Shown here: positions 26,701 through 38,256 of the stretch, one piece after another
How positions within the stretch are numbered: the first letter of the stretch is position 1
Layout of the letters: the number at the start of each line of letters is the position of its first letter
NCBI GenBank assembly: GCA_964187785.1
Contig: OZ076409.1
Coordinates: 62,250,001 to 62,314,000 of the forward strand
Direction: 5' to 3'
Origin: Amphiscolops sp. MND2022
Lineage: Eukaryota
DNA: 64,000 nt
Translations under genes and position numbers: made by a program
The notes under the pieces: generated by a model
Seen by the model: only the letters and a program-made list of their open reading frames with translations
Told to the model about the DNA's origin: nothing
The model's database searches: none

Positions 26701-29700
26701 AAGCAGGCTTCTCAAAAAATCAGTGTTCATTGCTCGATTCATGCCTAAGGTGTACCTTGGAGCTCGGTACCACAGTTGCGTGAACCATGTCGATGTGAAA
26801 ACACCGGACCAGAGATTGGCCTGGGGAGTACCCGTACTCTCCCGAGAGAAATTAACACCAAGCATGATGAAACGCCTAGAGCTTCGAAGCTCTGAGAACT
26901 GCTTGGCCTGCGGCCGTGCTTTTAGAACTCGAATGATTGCTCTGGAACTTGTTTTCAATGCCGAAGACTGTTTTCATGATCTATCATGCCTGATTTTTGA
27001 CTTTTATTGATTCTGCTCTATCGTCGCTTGTGACATTGTCATCCTCTTGAAAACCAGTTTATTTCCATCTCTTGCATATACACTGGTGCTTGTACTACCT
27101 AGGCAATACTTATACCTGAGCGTACACTGCTAACACAATAGACTGAATGGGTCCTCACTTTTGGTGATATTTTTGATTTTTTGAGGCCTGTTTCACCATT
27201 GGTGCTAGTTATTGTGCAGTTTCTATTGGCCATGAACTTTGCAAGACCACAGCTGTTACTTTTATTTTTCGCTTCTCAAGTGCTATCGTGCATTTTGTAA
27301 AACCTAACCTATCAGGTGGGCCCCTGGTCAGTGCCAAACCTGTTGTGATGAGTGCTTTTTCTGCAGATGCAATAAGGTGCTAGGAATTTTGAAATTTTGG
27401 TGCGAAATTAAAAATTTGAAATTGTTTTGAATATAAGGCTAAGTGTCTCAAGTTGCTGATATTTTTCCAGTGCAAGAACCCGTTGTTGGTGTGGAAACCA
27501 AGGAAGCCTGCTAGGCTGGCAAAAACTCATGTTTTTGGGCAATAACGTGTTTTTGGGCAACGACTTCCATTTAGATTCCTGAAGTACCATGTTGCAACAG
27601 TATCACTGGATCACTGGATGGTGGCAACCAAGATGTGAACGTCCTCTCTCGTTTGTCGAGGACGACAAACTACGGCCCGGGGTGGATGTAACGTCCGGCA
27701 GTCGGCGTTGCTGAAGTTTTTGAAAATTTCGATCAAAAATTAGAAATGTGCGGCATCAAACAAGCACATTCTAGATGGCCGACACGGCAGGTACAAAACC
27801 GAAGAGGAAGGGAAAAAAGACAAAACGGAGCCAGACCCAGCCCGAGAGACAGACCTCGTTGTCCCTGACACCCGAAGAAACCCAGAAGAGGCTAAAGAGA
27901 ACAAAACCACGGGTTGTGTCATACCCCCAAAGGATGTCCTGGAAGGCCCGAAGGAGATCGAGAACCCGACGGTGGTTTGCCCGAAGATTTTGGAAACTGC
28001 ATGAAGATCAGCATGTTTTATCATTTTCAGTGCATTTGTAGCTACTGCCCTTTATTTCGCAGATTTATGATGGTTCAGGATCTACTAGATCCCTGTTTTG
28101 CCCATTTTAGATCTTATTCACAGAATTGATGTACTTTAGCTAAACCTCTGTTTTTGGCCTCGGAAGTATGTAGGAGGTCGCAGGAACACGCTAGAAACCT
28201 AAGGATTCGTTTTTACAGGCTTGTGGGGCGTGTCCGGACTTTGAGAGTGCCGGCGCGTCGCCTCGGAGCTCTAACTAGAGGAGCCTCCTCAGACGAAAGA
28301 AAAGTCCCCCTTGGAGACCATTTTGTGATCAAAAACTAGTGTCTAGGGCTGTAGTAAGACAACGGTCTCCTGTTTAAGCACCCTAGGCATTGTCCCTCTT
28401 GCCTTCAGAAGTATTTCAGAAGATTTCGCAAGTTGTTTTTGATCATTTCCAGAAGACTTTCCTCTTCATACTTTGCTCGGAGGAAATCTGTCCGAAATGA
28501 AATATATTTAAAAACGTTTTGTCTCTCAAATGAAGACAGGTCTAATTTGTAAGTGGAGACTTCTGCTTGGCTCGACTTGAAGAAGTGGATTTGAGTGGCA
28601 CATACAATAGTTTGTGTCACTCAAATCCACTCCTTCAAGTCGAGCCAAGAAGAAGTCTCCACTTAAAAAGTTACGGGAACTCACAAGGATTCAAATTGAG
28701 GAATGCGTCAAAAACATTATAATGTTATTGATGCATTCCTCAATTTGATTCCTTGAGGATATAAAAAAATATAAGAAATAAGAGGATATAAAATAACTAT
28801 AGTCTAATATAAAAATACAAAGATCCCTTTGAAATGCATTTCTAAAATTTAATTCTTCTTATACCCGACTAATTGATTACCAAACAAAAGTGAGTCAATG
28901 AGTTCACACCTTTTATGAGGGAGTTAACTCAGGCCCCGCCCGAAGTGCTTAGGAGGTTAGGTTCAGCTGAAGTGAGAATGCTCTTCGGCGTCTGCAATCT
29001 GATAGTCTAAAAGAATCTTTTTATCGAGGACAAAATGAGCCTGTTGACTTTACTAGTTGCGACCTTAGGAATCACATTCAGCGCTGAAAAAATTTTTCAA
29101 ATATTAGAAATGCATTTCAAAGGGATCTTTGTATTTTTATATTATACTATAGTTATTATATTAGACCATAGATTCCTCAAGGAATCAAATCGAGGAATGC
29201 GTCAATAACATTATAATGTTTTTGACGCATTCCTCAATTTAATTCCTTGTGAGTTCCCGTAACTTTTAACGGATTGTGTTGAAGTACATCATCCAGTTGC
29301 TTCCATCAGTCAAAACGTTTTCTTTGGACTTTTTCGCCGACTGATCGCTTGTGAATCTTCCGGTATTTCAGATTTTTGAATTACTGAATTGCATTTTATG
29401 GTTGTTAACGAAGACAGAACAGTAATATTGATTGTAGTCTAGGATGTATTTCCGATAGGAATGGCTTCAAATGAAAAGCATTCTTAGAAAAGAAAAAATT
29501 CTAGGATAAGGGAATTGGCTTTTTATTGAAACAACAAATATGAGAATTCCCATCAGACATTCAGGCTCTTTCGTAAATTTTAGGCTAGAATGACAACTAA
29601 ATACAGCACTAGTTGGGAGTCTACCGAGTTCCATTTATACCTGTTGTTCACTGTAGTTTGACCCTGTTCAATTGTAGTTTCAGACCGAATTGATTGCCTA

Positions 29701-30138
29701 ATGGTCACAATATTCAGGTGTATAGATTTGCAGGTTGTCCGGGATGGAAGATGGGCCGTTTCGTACGAAGAGTACAATAAAACGAACATCTATCCTAAAT
29801 ATTGCTCCGGGGCCTTGAATGTGCTGAGCATGGAAACCATTCATGGAGTAGCGAAGGAGTGCCCCAACCATTGCATTGGATACGATCGCCTCGAACTTGA
29901 GACAGACAAACCTCAATCTTGCTTTTGGAAATTTGAAGATACTCACCTCGGTTCTTGCATTTTCTATACCCAGAAAAATACAACAATGCTACCACTGTCA
30001 CACGCAAAAGCTTTATTCGTCTACAAAGACAATTATCAAACCCAATTACCATATGAAAAACATCTTGTGGTTTTCGAAGTGGAAAATGCTTATGAAATGA
30101 TACTTTTTCACACTCTCTATAAAAACATAACTTTCTGA
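8726..30138 (+). CDS. GT31 / beta-1,3-galactosyltransferase-family gene. Exons 8726-9036, 14555-14812, 15082-15141, (duplicates 17368-17625, 17895-17954), 29734-30138; 5' exon uncertain
   Basis: GT-AG, phase-0 joins give KRDNIRRSF..WTILFL|VGKP..EQENRYYGDLI...Y.KTTLK..YVIKSDDDNYI..|PQNTLRIKTNIYMGNCGLFK|VVRDGRWAVSYEEY..YPKYCSG...FEDTHLG. All canonical GT31 motifs are in order. Confidence 0.88.
9290..9362 (-). repeat. Degenerate tRNA-derived SINE-like head
   Basis: Minus strand TAGTTAGGATAGGCGCTTTCCAAACAGACG..: D-arm/anticodon-like look, but the B-box is broken and there is no acceptor stem. Confidence 0.3.
9439..14470 (-). mobile_element. Old, heavily decayed Ty3/Gypsy LTR retrotransposon in the GT31 intron
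   Basis: Diverged direct repeats starting TGTTGACGT at 9439 and 14259. PBS-like TGGCTCAGCGAG abuts the right LTR. Remnants of protease (IDTG, ~13230), RT (FVYKDDILVV), RNaseH (FSSRLTRWVDRLL..MADY) and integrase (LHYGHLGRD) occur in Gypsy order. Confidence 0.85.
14472..20098 (+). repeat. Near-perfect direct tandem duplication, units 14472-17284 and 17285-20098 (~2.81 kb)
   Basis: ORF pairs offset by 2813-2814 nt (e.g. 16323/19137, 16860/19674). The only differences seen are homopolymer lengths; junction CATGAGAC|AAAAACAG. Confidence 0.97.
19726..20305 (+). mobile_element. Helentron-type element copy (its 5' part is duplicated at 16912-17284)
   Basis: TTTTAGTCGGCGC start; ends GAGCCTTAGATATAGCGCCG..AGACGTTCTCGTCTTGT. 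Confidence 0.75.
20489..28400 (+). mobile_element. Ty3/Gypsy element with decayed gag, pol deleted, 3' LTR truncated
   Basis: ~710-bp direct repeats starting TGTAACGTCCGG at 20489 and 27687. Purine-rich GGCCCGGGGTGGA precedes the second. The 5' LTR possibly ends ...CTCCTACA at 23379, before a PBS-like stretch. Confidence 0.85.
24019..26490 (+). pseudogene. gag: gag (frameshifted, with stops)
   Basis: ORF pieces 24019-24702, 24726-25283 (coiled coil) and 25319-25834; capsid-like RNQNSEEDYMQYLDALEGLRSQGYP; CCHC knuckle CFNCGDPSHFVVDCP at ~26403-26447. Confidence 0.8.
28550..28665. repeat. Long hairpin (~53-bp arms, 10-nt loop)
   Basis: TAAGTGGAGACTTCTGCTTGG...GGCACA / TGTGTCACTC...GTCTCCACTTA. 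Confidence 0.9.
28667..29265. mobile_element. Fold-back MITE with ~170-180-bp TIRs, TTAA-flanked (Kolobok/piggyBac-type target)
   Basis: AAGTTACGGGAACTCACAAGGA... / ...TCCTTGTGAGTTCCCGTAACTT; TTAA at 28663-66 and 29266-69. Confidence 0.7.
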
Positions 30139-30226
30139 CGTTTATATTGTTTATTTTGTACAGATGTTGGAAAATGGGTCTTTATTTGGCTACTTCTACA
30201 TTACGTTGCAGAATAAGTTAAAACAT

Positions 30227-30950
30227 AACAGGGGGAACGTCTCAAGTCGGCGCTATACCTAAGGCTCAAAAAACTCAAAAAGGTTTTGAAATATGTTCAG
30301 GACGTCTCAAAAAAAAGTTCTGAAACATCAAAAAGGTGCCTTTGGTGCTTCTGAAAAAGTTCGCTTCAGAAGTTTGAATTTAACGTGCTGGAACAAATGG
30401 AAGCGCTTGTTTTCAAAATTCCCTCTTTTCCTTGGTAAACGCAATATACTTCGGATATAACGATAAAAATTTGGATATAGCGGTTTACATCAGTTATTAC
30501 GTCGAAAATTCAGATGGTATTTGAAAAATTATTGGATGTATATTGACAAAACATTATATCAAACGAAAAATAAGAATTTTGAAACAGTCGCATAGTGCCG
30601 AAAAACGTGAAAGTGGAGACCCTTTGGGATTTTTTAACATTCATTCTGTTGCAAAATATCCAAAAAAATGAAGGGGCTCTTTGGAGACAAAGAAATTTGC
30701 GAAAAAAAGTCTCACAGTGCCAAGAAAATCGACAGTACCTTTTAGTCTCGCCCGGTTTTGTATGTTACGTTTAAAAAGTGAAAAAATGAAAGGGGACCCT
30801 TTGCATTAACTTAGATGCGTTCCCAGGTATTCGTTTAGTTGAACAAACCTAATAAACTTCCGTCGCAATTGATTCTGTCTTGAAAAAAAAAACAAAAAAA
30901 CGAGTGAGTGTAACAGTCGGGCTCTTTTTGTATATAAAAACCCTAGACTA
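30227..30950 (-). mobile_element. Helentron-type element copy (diverged)
   Basis: Begins AACAGGGGGAACGTCTCAAGTCGGCGCTATACCTAAGGCTC (reverse complement of the family 3' end); internal GGGACCCTTT blocks. Confidence 0.65.
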
Positions 30951-31275
30951 AAAATTGAAACTGGGGAAAATAAGCTCATTTTATCAGCAATAGTAAAGCA
31001 TGCATGCATTGTTGATAAAATTTCTGCTTCTTGGTTATGATCGACACACACTTTTCACATATCAAATTTTAACAAAATGAAACGTTATATTTTTAACAAA
31101 GTTTAGCTAAGGAACACTTTCCTAAAATTTAGCAAGCAAAAACATTTACGAAATTTTTAATTGAAGCAAATAGTAAATTAACTTTATGACTAATTCAAAA
31201 CGAACACTTCATTTATATTGAAAATTGTCAAAAGAATTTTTTAACTGATCTGAAAATTGTTCAATGTAACGAAAT

Positions 31276-31773
31276 TCAAATGACGTGGACGAAAACTAGT
31301 TCCGCGCTTGGGCCTTTGATCCGAAGTTGTTCATCATCTCTAATGAGCGCCGGAACAACTTTTAGATGCGTTATTTCTGACATGAGATCGGAAATTCTGC
31401 CTTCCCATGCATTTACTTCAGGATCAGTTGATGCCATCAATGTCGAAATAAAGGACCCATTCTTCCAATATACATTTCGCCAAATAAAGCCACCATCGGA
31501 ATCGAATACAGATCCATTGATAACTAGAGTACCACTCATTTGGTTTACAACGGAGAAGGAAACCTCCAGTAGCCCGTCCGAGGAACAATCTCCCGTGACT
31601 TCGAGGTTAACGTTCGTTTTGAAAGGGCCAAATTCATGCTCTTGACCTACTTGGATTTTGTGCAAAACCCATTTGCCCTCGCAATCCAATAGTTCTTCGA
31701 GGGGCTCACTCGACGATATATTCTTTGTGAAGATTGCCGAAATTAACAGGAAAGCCAACAGCTTGTGAGACAT
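31276..31773 (-). CDS. Intronless secreted protein with META (HslJ/DUF306)-like domain, 165 aa
   Basis: ATG start; signal-peptide-like MSHKLLAFLLISAIFT; GKWVLHKI...SVVNQMSG...GSFISTLMASTDPEVNAWE..ISDLM...LRIKG..LVF follows the META pattern; intact ORF amid decayed DNA. Confidence 0.7.
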   Translation of the reverse strand: MSHKLLAFLLISAIFTKNISSSEPLEELLDCEGKWVLHKIQVGQEHEFGPFKTNVNLEVTGDCSSDGLLEVSFSVVNQMSGTLVINGSVFDSDGGFIWRNVYWKNGSFISTLMASTDPEVNAWEGRISDLMSEITHLKVVPALIRDDEQLRIKGPSAELVFVHVI

Positions 31774-31944
31774 AATTGATGCCAGATTGTCTAGCCGGGA
31801 GGGATGTTTTGTCTCGATCCGTTATCTTGTTTGACATCTTGAATAAAAAATATTGAAGTGCAAATAAGTTGATTCAGCGAGATATTTCAACAGTTTCGGT
31901 CAATTTTTCAAGCTGAAAATCCGCAGAAGTTACTTTTCACCATT

Positions 31945-32533
31945 TTTCACCACTGCAGTTCGTGTGGATTGAAAAAAAAGAGTCACTATAATAGTTGCGT
32001 TTCACTTCATGAAGCGCCGACTAAAAATGGTCGGCAACAATTGATTCAATTTGGGACCATAAAATTTCGTATAATTTTTTCGAACTATTTTGGTCATGAC
32101 CAAAATAGTTCGAAAAAGTTATACGAAATTTTATGGTCCCAAATTGAATCATTTGGCCTAGCGAATTAAACCAAAAAGATTTTTCCTCTTTTTCCGCGCA
32201 ACATACAATACCGGGAGAGACTAAAGTGTCCCCCCTTTCAGTTTTTTGATGTTTTGCGACAGAATGGATGTCGAAAAATCCCAAAGGGTCCCCCTTTAAG
32301 TTTTTTCGGCATTGTGACTCTTTTCTTCGAATTTTTTTCACCAAAGGGTCCCCCCTTCAACTTTTTCATGTTTTGTCACAATGGATGGCAAAAAATGCGA
32401 AAGGGCGTGCCAATTCGGTCCAACTTTTTGGGTTTTTCAGGTACCGTGGAAGAGAATACTTTGACACTTTGAAGTCCTTTTGCTATTTTTGAGCCTTAGA
32501 TATGGCGCCAACTTGGGCCGGTCCCGGCTTGTT
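31945..32533. mobile_element. Rearranged Helentron-type copies joined by a ~109-bp palindrome (32042-32150)
   Basis: Minus-strand 5' end GCGCCGACTAAAA (~32014-32026); palindrome centred on GGTCATGACC; plus-strand 3' end GGCGCCAACTTGGGCCGGTCCCGGCTTGTT. Confidence 0.65.
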
Positions 32534-33726
32534 CCCCAAATGTTGAGTGTGCTACCGATTAACTGGTTATTTTCAAAAGTTAGTCGATTAAGCTAAGTTT
32601 TCAACTTTTCCGGGTCCTAGCCCCCCATTTCAGCACTTTGATAGCTTTAGAGCAATTCTTAATTTTGAAATTTTGTATCAATTGATACAAAATTGCAAAA
32701 TTTGTTTTGGAATTACCTACTTGCAGACAATATAGCGGTAATATTATTCTGCATGCCCCGCAAAACACCCAACCGCGTATTATTATTCATAGTTAAAGAT
32801 CTTATTCAGCGAACAAAACATTTTGAAGAGCTGATGAATTGAGGAATTCTTGAGTTGAAATTACTTCAATCCAAGTGAGTTGATCTGTTTCAGCTTATAT
32901 TTCTAATTGAGTCAATAAATAGTGTTATCTGATAGTCTAGACTCTGGATTTTGTGCGATCATGCTTCAAAGCTGTTGTCGGTTTGTTTTTTGATGCATTT
33001 GTGAACATTAACGATTTTATCGACAGACGTTTGTTTTGCGAACAAATTGATAGAGACACAATAGGCTTTCAACCTACAACGAGATTTGAATTTGAGCAAA
33101 ATTTTAGGGCTACTCCTGTTGACCGTTGATCTTTTGTCGCTTTCGACTCCCATTCATTTTCAAGTTCGTCTCCAAAATGATGGCTTTTTCAAAAAAATTG
33201 CTAAATTTTAGATATGAAACGACCACCTCATTGCAAATTGAACATGCTCAAAGGTCACCAGATATCAAAAACCTTGTGAAGTTCCTTTAGATCTTAATAG
33301 CTTTCTATGTAAGATTTTTGGAATTTCCAGTAGCTTTAAGACAAGGAAATCATGATCTTCGCAACTTTGGTATTTTACCGTCTTTCAGGGGGTTTGTCTC
33401 GCTACTCTTAGGCTGTTTTTAGAGTATCTTTTCGCTGATGAGAAGAAGCAGGTTGAACTTTAATTAATACACAACAAATAAATAAGTCGATTAATAGACA
33501 CAAACACAATTTCACATCCACGAATAATAGAATGAATAATATGATAACATCGATAATAGCGGAGAATATTACGGAGTATATTAGGAGGTATATAACACAA
33601 GAGAACAACAAACAAGGGTTTCAGCAAGGTTAAGTTTTATATCCGTGAGGATGGAGGTGATATCGAAGATATTGAAAGAATCAACTCGCCGCAAAATCTC
33701 TATTGATCATGGAGTGAAAACAAAAT

Positions 33727-33898
33727 CCGTGTATTATCAGCCCACTTAGGCTCAACCATGTATTATCAGCCCACTTAGGCTCAACCGTGTATTATCAGCC
33801 CACTTAGGCTCAACCGTGTAATATCAGCCCACTTAGACTCAACCGTGTAATATCATCCCACTTAGGCTCAACCGTGTATTATCAGCCCACTTAGGCTC
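33727..33898 (+). repeat. Minisatellite, ~6 x 29 bp (CCGTGTATTATCAGCCCACTTAGGCTCAA)
   Basis: Head-to-tail copies with no spacers. Confidence 0.95.
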
Positions 33899-36800
33899 TT
33901 TTACATGTAATACGATAGACCTACAGTCCACCCTTCTCCCGGGTCGAAATCCCTACTAGCGAAAAGCGGGGTAGCAATATATCAGGCTGCATCAGGTTAC
34001 GCTGACGGCACGGGCTAACCGGCTAGTCGAAGAAAATCTGCAATTTCAATAGTCCGACGTCTGATGCGGAATGCTATCGGACACCAAGGCAGCAAACCGT
34101 TTTCTAGATTTCAACTCATTTTGTGTGTAGCTAAAATAGCGCACACTTCGGCCAAAGTTACTTTTTCGGCGGTTTATTCATATCTTTATTCATAATTCAT
34201 CATCCTTTTTGGGACCCTGACTAAGTGTTGAGCAATACAGTTTTTCCTACTTCGGTACTAAAAGTTCATCAGAAGTACGTTTTCTCACCACGACTCAGTT
34301 CAGTTCTGGTTCCACCTTCTTGTCAATCATGACTAGTGTTTTTACTTCGTTTTCAATAAGATTTAAGGGGAGGTGTTACTGACTCAATTTTTCCCACTTT
34401 TGTAAGCACGACTTGAACTTCGGCTTACTGATTGACATTTGCACTTTTTTGTCAGGCCTATTTTTCCCACACGGTCCCTGACAACTCTCTTCAGCTAAAC
34501 ATGGCTGGAGGAAATAATTTCCAACAATTTACAATGACCTAAAAGGCTATTTTAATTCCTAGTCCAAGAAGTCGATTTTCGTGTTACAACTTTGAAGGGC
34601 AAAAACTAGGTGTTCCTATCTCGGGGGGCTGAAACTACAAAAACTTACTCCATGGTCAACTTTCTATTTCAACTCCTTCATGGTGAAAAACACCCTTAAA
34701 AATTGGTAGTCGAGAATCGCTTGTTATTTTCCACGCAAATCTCAACTTTGGAGGGCTCATTCTCAGTCATTTTGAAAGATACAGACTGGGGGCTCATTTA
34801 CATCGCTAGCCCAAACCATTGGGAGTATTTTGCGCTTTAGATGACGTCTCGAGCGTGTTTCAACAAAATTTGGTTTCGAATTTTCGAGTTTTCGAATTTT
34901 CGTGACCTGACCTCCAACTTTAGATGTCAATATCTCAACACCAGGTCGTTTTTCGGAAACACGCTCCTGCTAAACGCTGTGCGCAAGACTCTCGTGCGTC
35001 TATCCTGAAAGTTTCAGCTCGAGATCGCCCAAAACGTGCGGGGGGTTTCGCATTTTGGTGAATCGATTTCAGTACTGACAACAAAAATTCTCTACTTTCA
35101 ATTCTTGGGGGTTTCTCGCTAGCGCGCCGCAGCACTCTATTTATTATTTCATTCACTCCTCCTCTTCAATTCTCAAGTACGCTGCAAAAGGGGCGGCTAT
35201 TGTGCGCTTCTACGTTGAGTACTAAGCGATATCACGCGAAAAACGGCTATTTAGGCCATTTCAGGGCCTTTTTTAACGTTTGCTGGATCAAATCTCAAAA
35301 ACTACTGAGTAATATTTATTTTCCATTTACCAACAGTTAGGACATTCATTCATCTTTAATTTGAGCCATATCCGAACATTTTCTGACAACTGTAGCGATC
35401 ACACGAAATTTCTAAAGGAAACTCATTTTTGGAAAATCGTAAAAATTTTACACGCACTTATTTTCAAAGCTTCCCCCCAATATGTTCTCGTTACCGCACA
35501 AAACTCATATTCTCAACTTAAGTTTTCCTTTAGACGGGCTGTCGAATGCTGAAAACCGTTTGTTGCTATCTTTTTTCATCTTCGAAAAATCGGGTTTTGA
35601 TTTTTATTTTCTATTAAGAGGGGGATTAATTCAAAGTGTGCGGCGGCCGTTTTCTTTTTAGCTACGCGTACAGCCACTCACAGCGCGTTCTAATTTTCAT
35701 TCCATTCGCTTTCTCACACGCTTAGGTGAGTTGCATTCATATGCTCATAGCACACTCTGCGAAGTTTCACTCTCGCTTACCCTCAAATACATGTATTAAC
35801 ATAGCAATTTGATTACAATTCTGTTCACAGTGAATTATGACTTCAAGTGCAATTTCTGTTGAAACTCGTTGCTCAAAAGTTTTTAAATGTTTACTCAACA
35901 CGTAGTCAGGTCAAAAAGGGACATTTGATGGTTTAATTTTTCTTATATTCGCTATAGGTATCGAGAAATTCAATGTTAAAGTTTCGTTCCGATTAGAATT
36001 TTCTTACATAGGTTTAGGTGGCGGCGGCCGTCTTACTGCTTTAATACGTTGTGCGGCCACTTGCTAACAGCTACGAATGGTTATTTTGGTTGTCCGCGGG
36101 ACTAAAGACGATAATATTGACATTAAACAATAATGCGAGGTACTTGAATTACCTATTGTAATGTTTACTTTTATACGATATCACCTCCGGATATTCTACC
36201 TTGATGATGAAATAAAATTTAATAAACACCATTATCATGAACGGAAAGTCAAAAATCCTACATTCTAGTTTCCGATTGTCCCTCAACTAGACAATCTGAA
36301 CACGTAAAGCAACTGAGAACAAGTGAGAAGAACCTCTGAGATCACGGTGGTGCTCTTTGGAAAAAACCATTACTGAAAGTGAGTTAAACAAGTATCATAG
36401 TACTATAAAAACTTCATAGTGTTTTTTTTGGAATATTATGAGGTGAGATGTTGCGGGAACTGTGGGAAATTTGTGTACTCTGATGAAAAGAGCCATTGAC
36501 TTCCAGATTTGTTATTTCATTTCCGAAAAACAGGTTCTATTTACGTTTCTGAATCAACTGCTTCAACTCCTTAGCTCATTAAATGTTTCAAATGTTTGTG
36601 GTTATTACAGAAGCTGAACAGAGTGAAAACTGTAGTTGACAGGTCTCTTGATGAAGTAAAGCTGTAAACAGGTTGTGTAAAAAGACTTGAGCTTCTTTCG
36701 ATACACTTTTTTGAAATCAAAATGATACTCTTGAAGGCTCAAAGTACTTTATAACTCTGTAGAATTTCGATAGCAAAACAAAATGCCTTTCGCCAACACG

Positions 36801-38256
36801 GGAGTTGACGCAATTGGACCGTTTTTCATTGTCAATGGAAAACGCACTGAAAAACACTAAAGACTTACACTGATGGAGACTGGTGTGGCTGTTAAGAGAC
36901 TTCATTCCTCGTTGAACTCGGCTTATAGTGCGAGTTGAAGCTGTGTCCGCTGGGCGAGATGGAGAAACCGAGTGTGTTTTGTGAAGACAGTTCATGGAAC
37001 TTTCGAGCGCCCCATCGTCTCCCTTTTTCGCGTTTTCTCCCCGTGACGGTTCGTTGGCCTCGATTTTAAGACATTTTGTCTCGGTCTGCTGATTTTCCCC
37101 TCGCTTCTCGTTTCAGTGGGGGGGGGGGGGGGGGTGGGGTTTGGTCGACTTAACCATGTCAATGAATTTTCACAACACTGACTCGAGCTATTTCAATCTG
37201 TATTTTCTGACTTTCCACGTTTGTTTTCACACTTTTGTTGTACCATATGTTTAAATATGAATCTATTTAGTACCAAGTAATGCAAGCATTACTCATTCAA
37301 ACATGAACAGGACACAACTGAGACTAGACACTCCTATAAGGCAGAATAAATTTGAATCACGTGCTGTCTACTCTATATGTATACAAATTTATTTTTGTCT
37401 TTCTTCTTTCAATTCTTCGAAGTCTCAGCCTAAAGGATCTCAGGTCATGCTTTGCTTCCTTGATTCAGAATGTAAAGCACTCGAGCAAACATTTGGATGA
37501 AAGAAAACTCCAATGCAAAAGAAAGGTTCTAATCAACTGATCACAAATAATGACACTGAGGGATTGCAGACCGCTATCTCGACAGATTTTGCCAACTGAT
37601 GAAAACGCAACCTGAAAGACAGTGGGAGAGATACTAAATCATCCTAGGTTTTCGACAGGCGTATCTCACCGAAGTGCAGCGTCATTCTCTAGCGGGATTA
37701 CAGTTCTGGACATAGACTTTAGCCAGAACTACCAAAAATTGGACTGGATAAGACTTCTACTTTTCTTGGGTTTTCATCAACCTGCGAACATGCCACCTTG
37801 AAAGCTTTTATTCAATGCAGATTAATGTTGTCTTTGTTCTCTTTAGATTCTGATGGTGCTGCTACTTGGATATAATCTCGGAGACTTTTAAAGCAAAACA
37901 TTACTGCGTTCAGAGTACCTGAGCAAATAACTCTTTATAGTGTTCGCTGTGAAACTTTGTTTGAATGCAAAAGGAATCTCAAGTAGCTTTTCTAAAATTT
38001 GAAGTTATGGCGGTACATAATGCAACAGTAAAAAAATTAATCCGAGAAAATTTTTGTGAAAACTAGAGAAAATCATAAAAGAAGTTTTTGGCAACCTCCA
38101 AAAACATGAAAAACCATATCTAGCAATTTGAAAGAGGGTTCCTGCTCTTCTAGTTTTTGTCGTTGCAAACCCACTCTTGTGAGAAGAATGTTCTTTATTT
38201 CAAAATCCATAGATTCTTGAGGTTCCAACTAGTCACTTCAACCAAGTAGGTAACTT

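Noticed and set aside
33727..33898. 29-bp repeats as a CRISPR array
   Set aside because: Units are contiguous with no unique spacers.
37116..37139. Poly-G tract as a functional G-quadruplex
   Set aside because: Isolated homopolymer of uncertain length with no supporting context.
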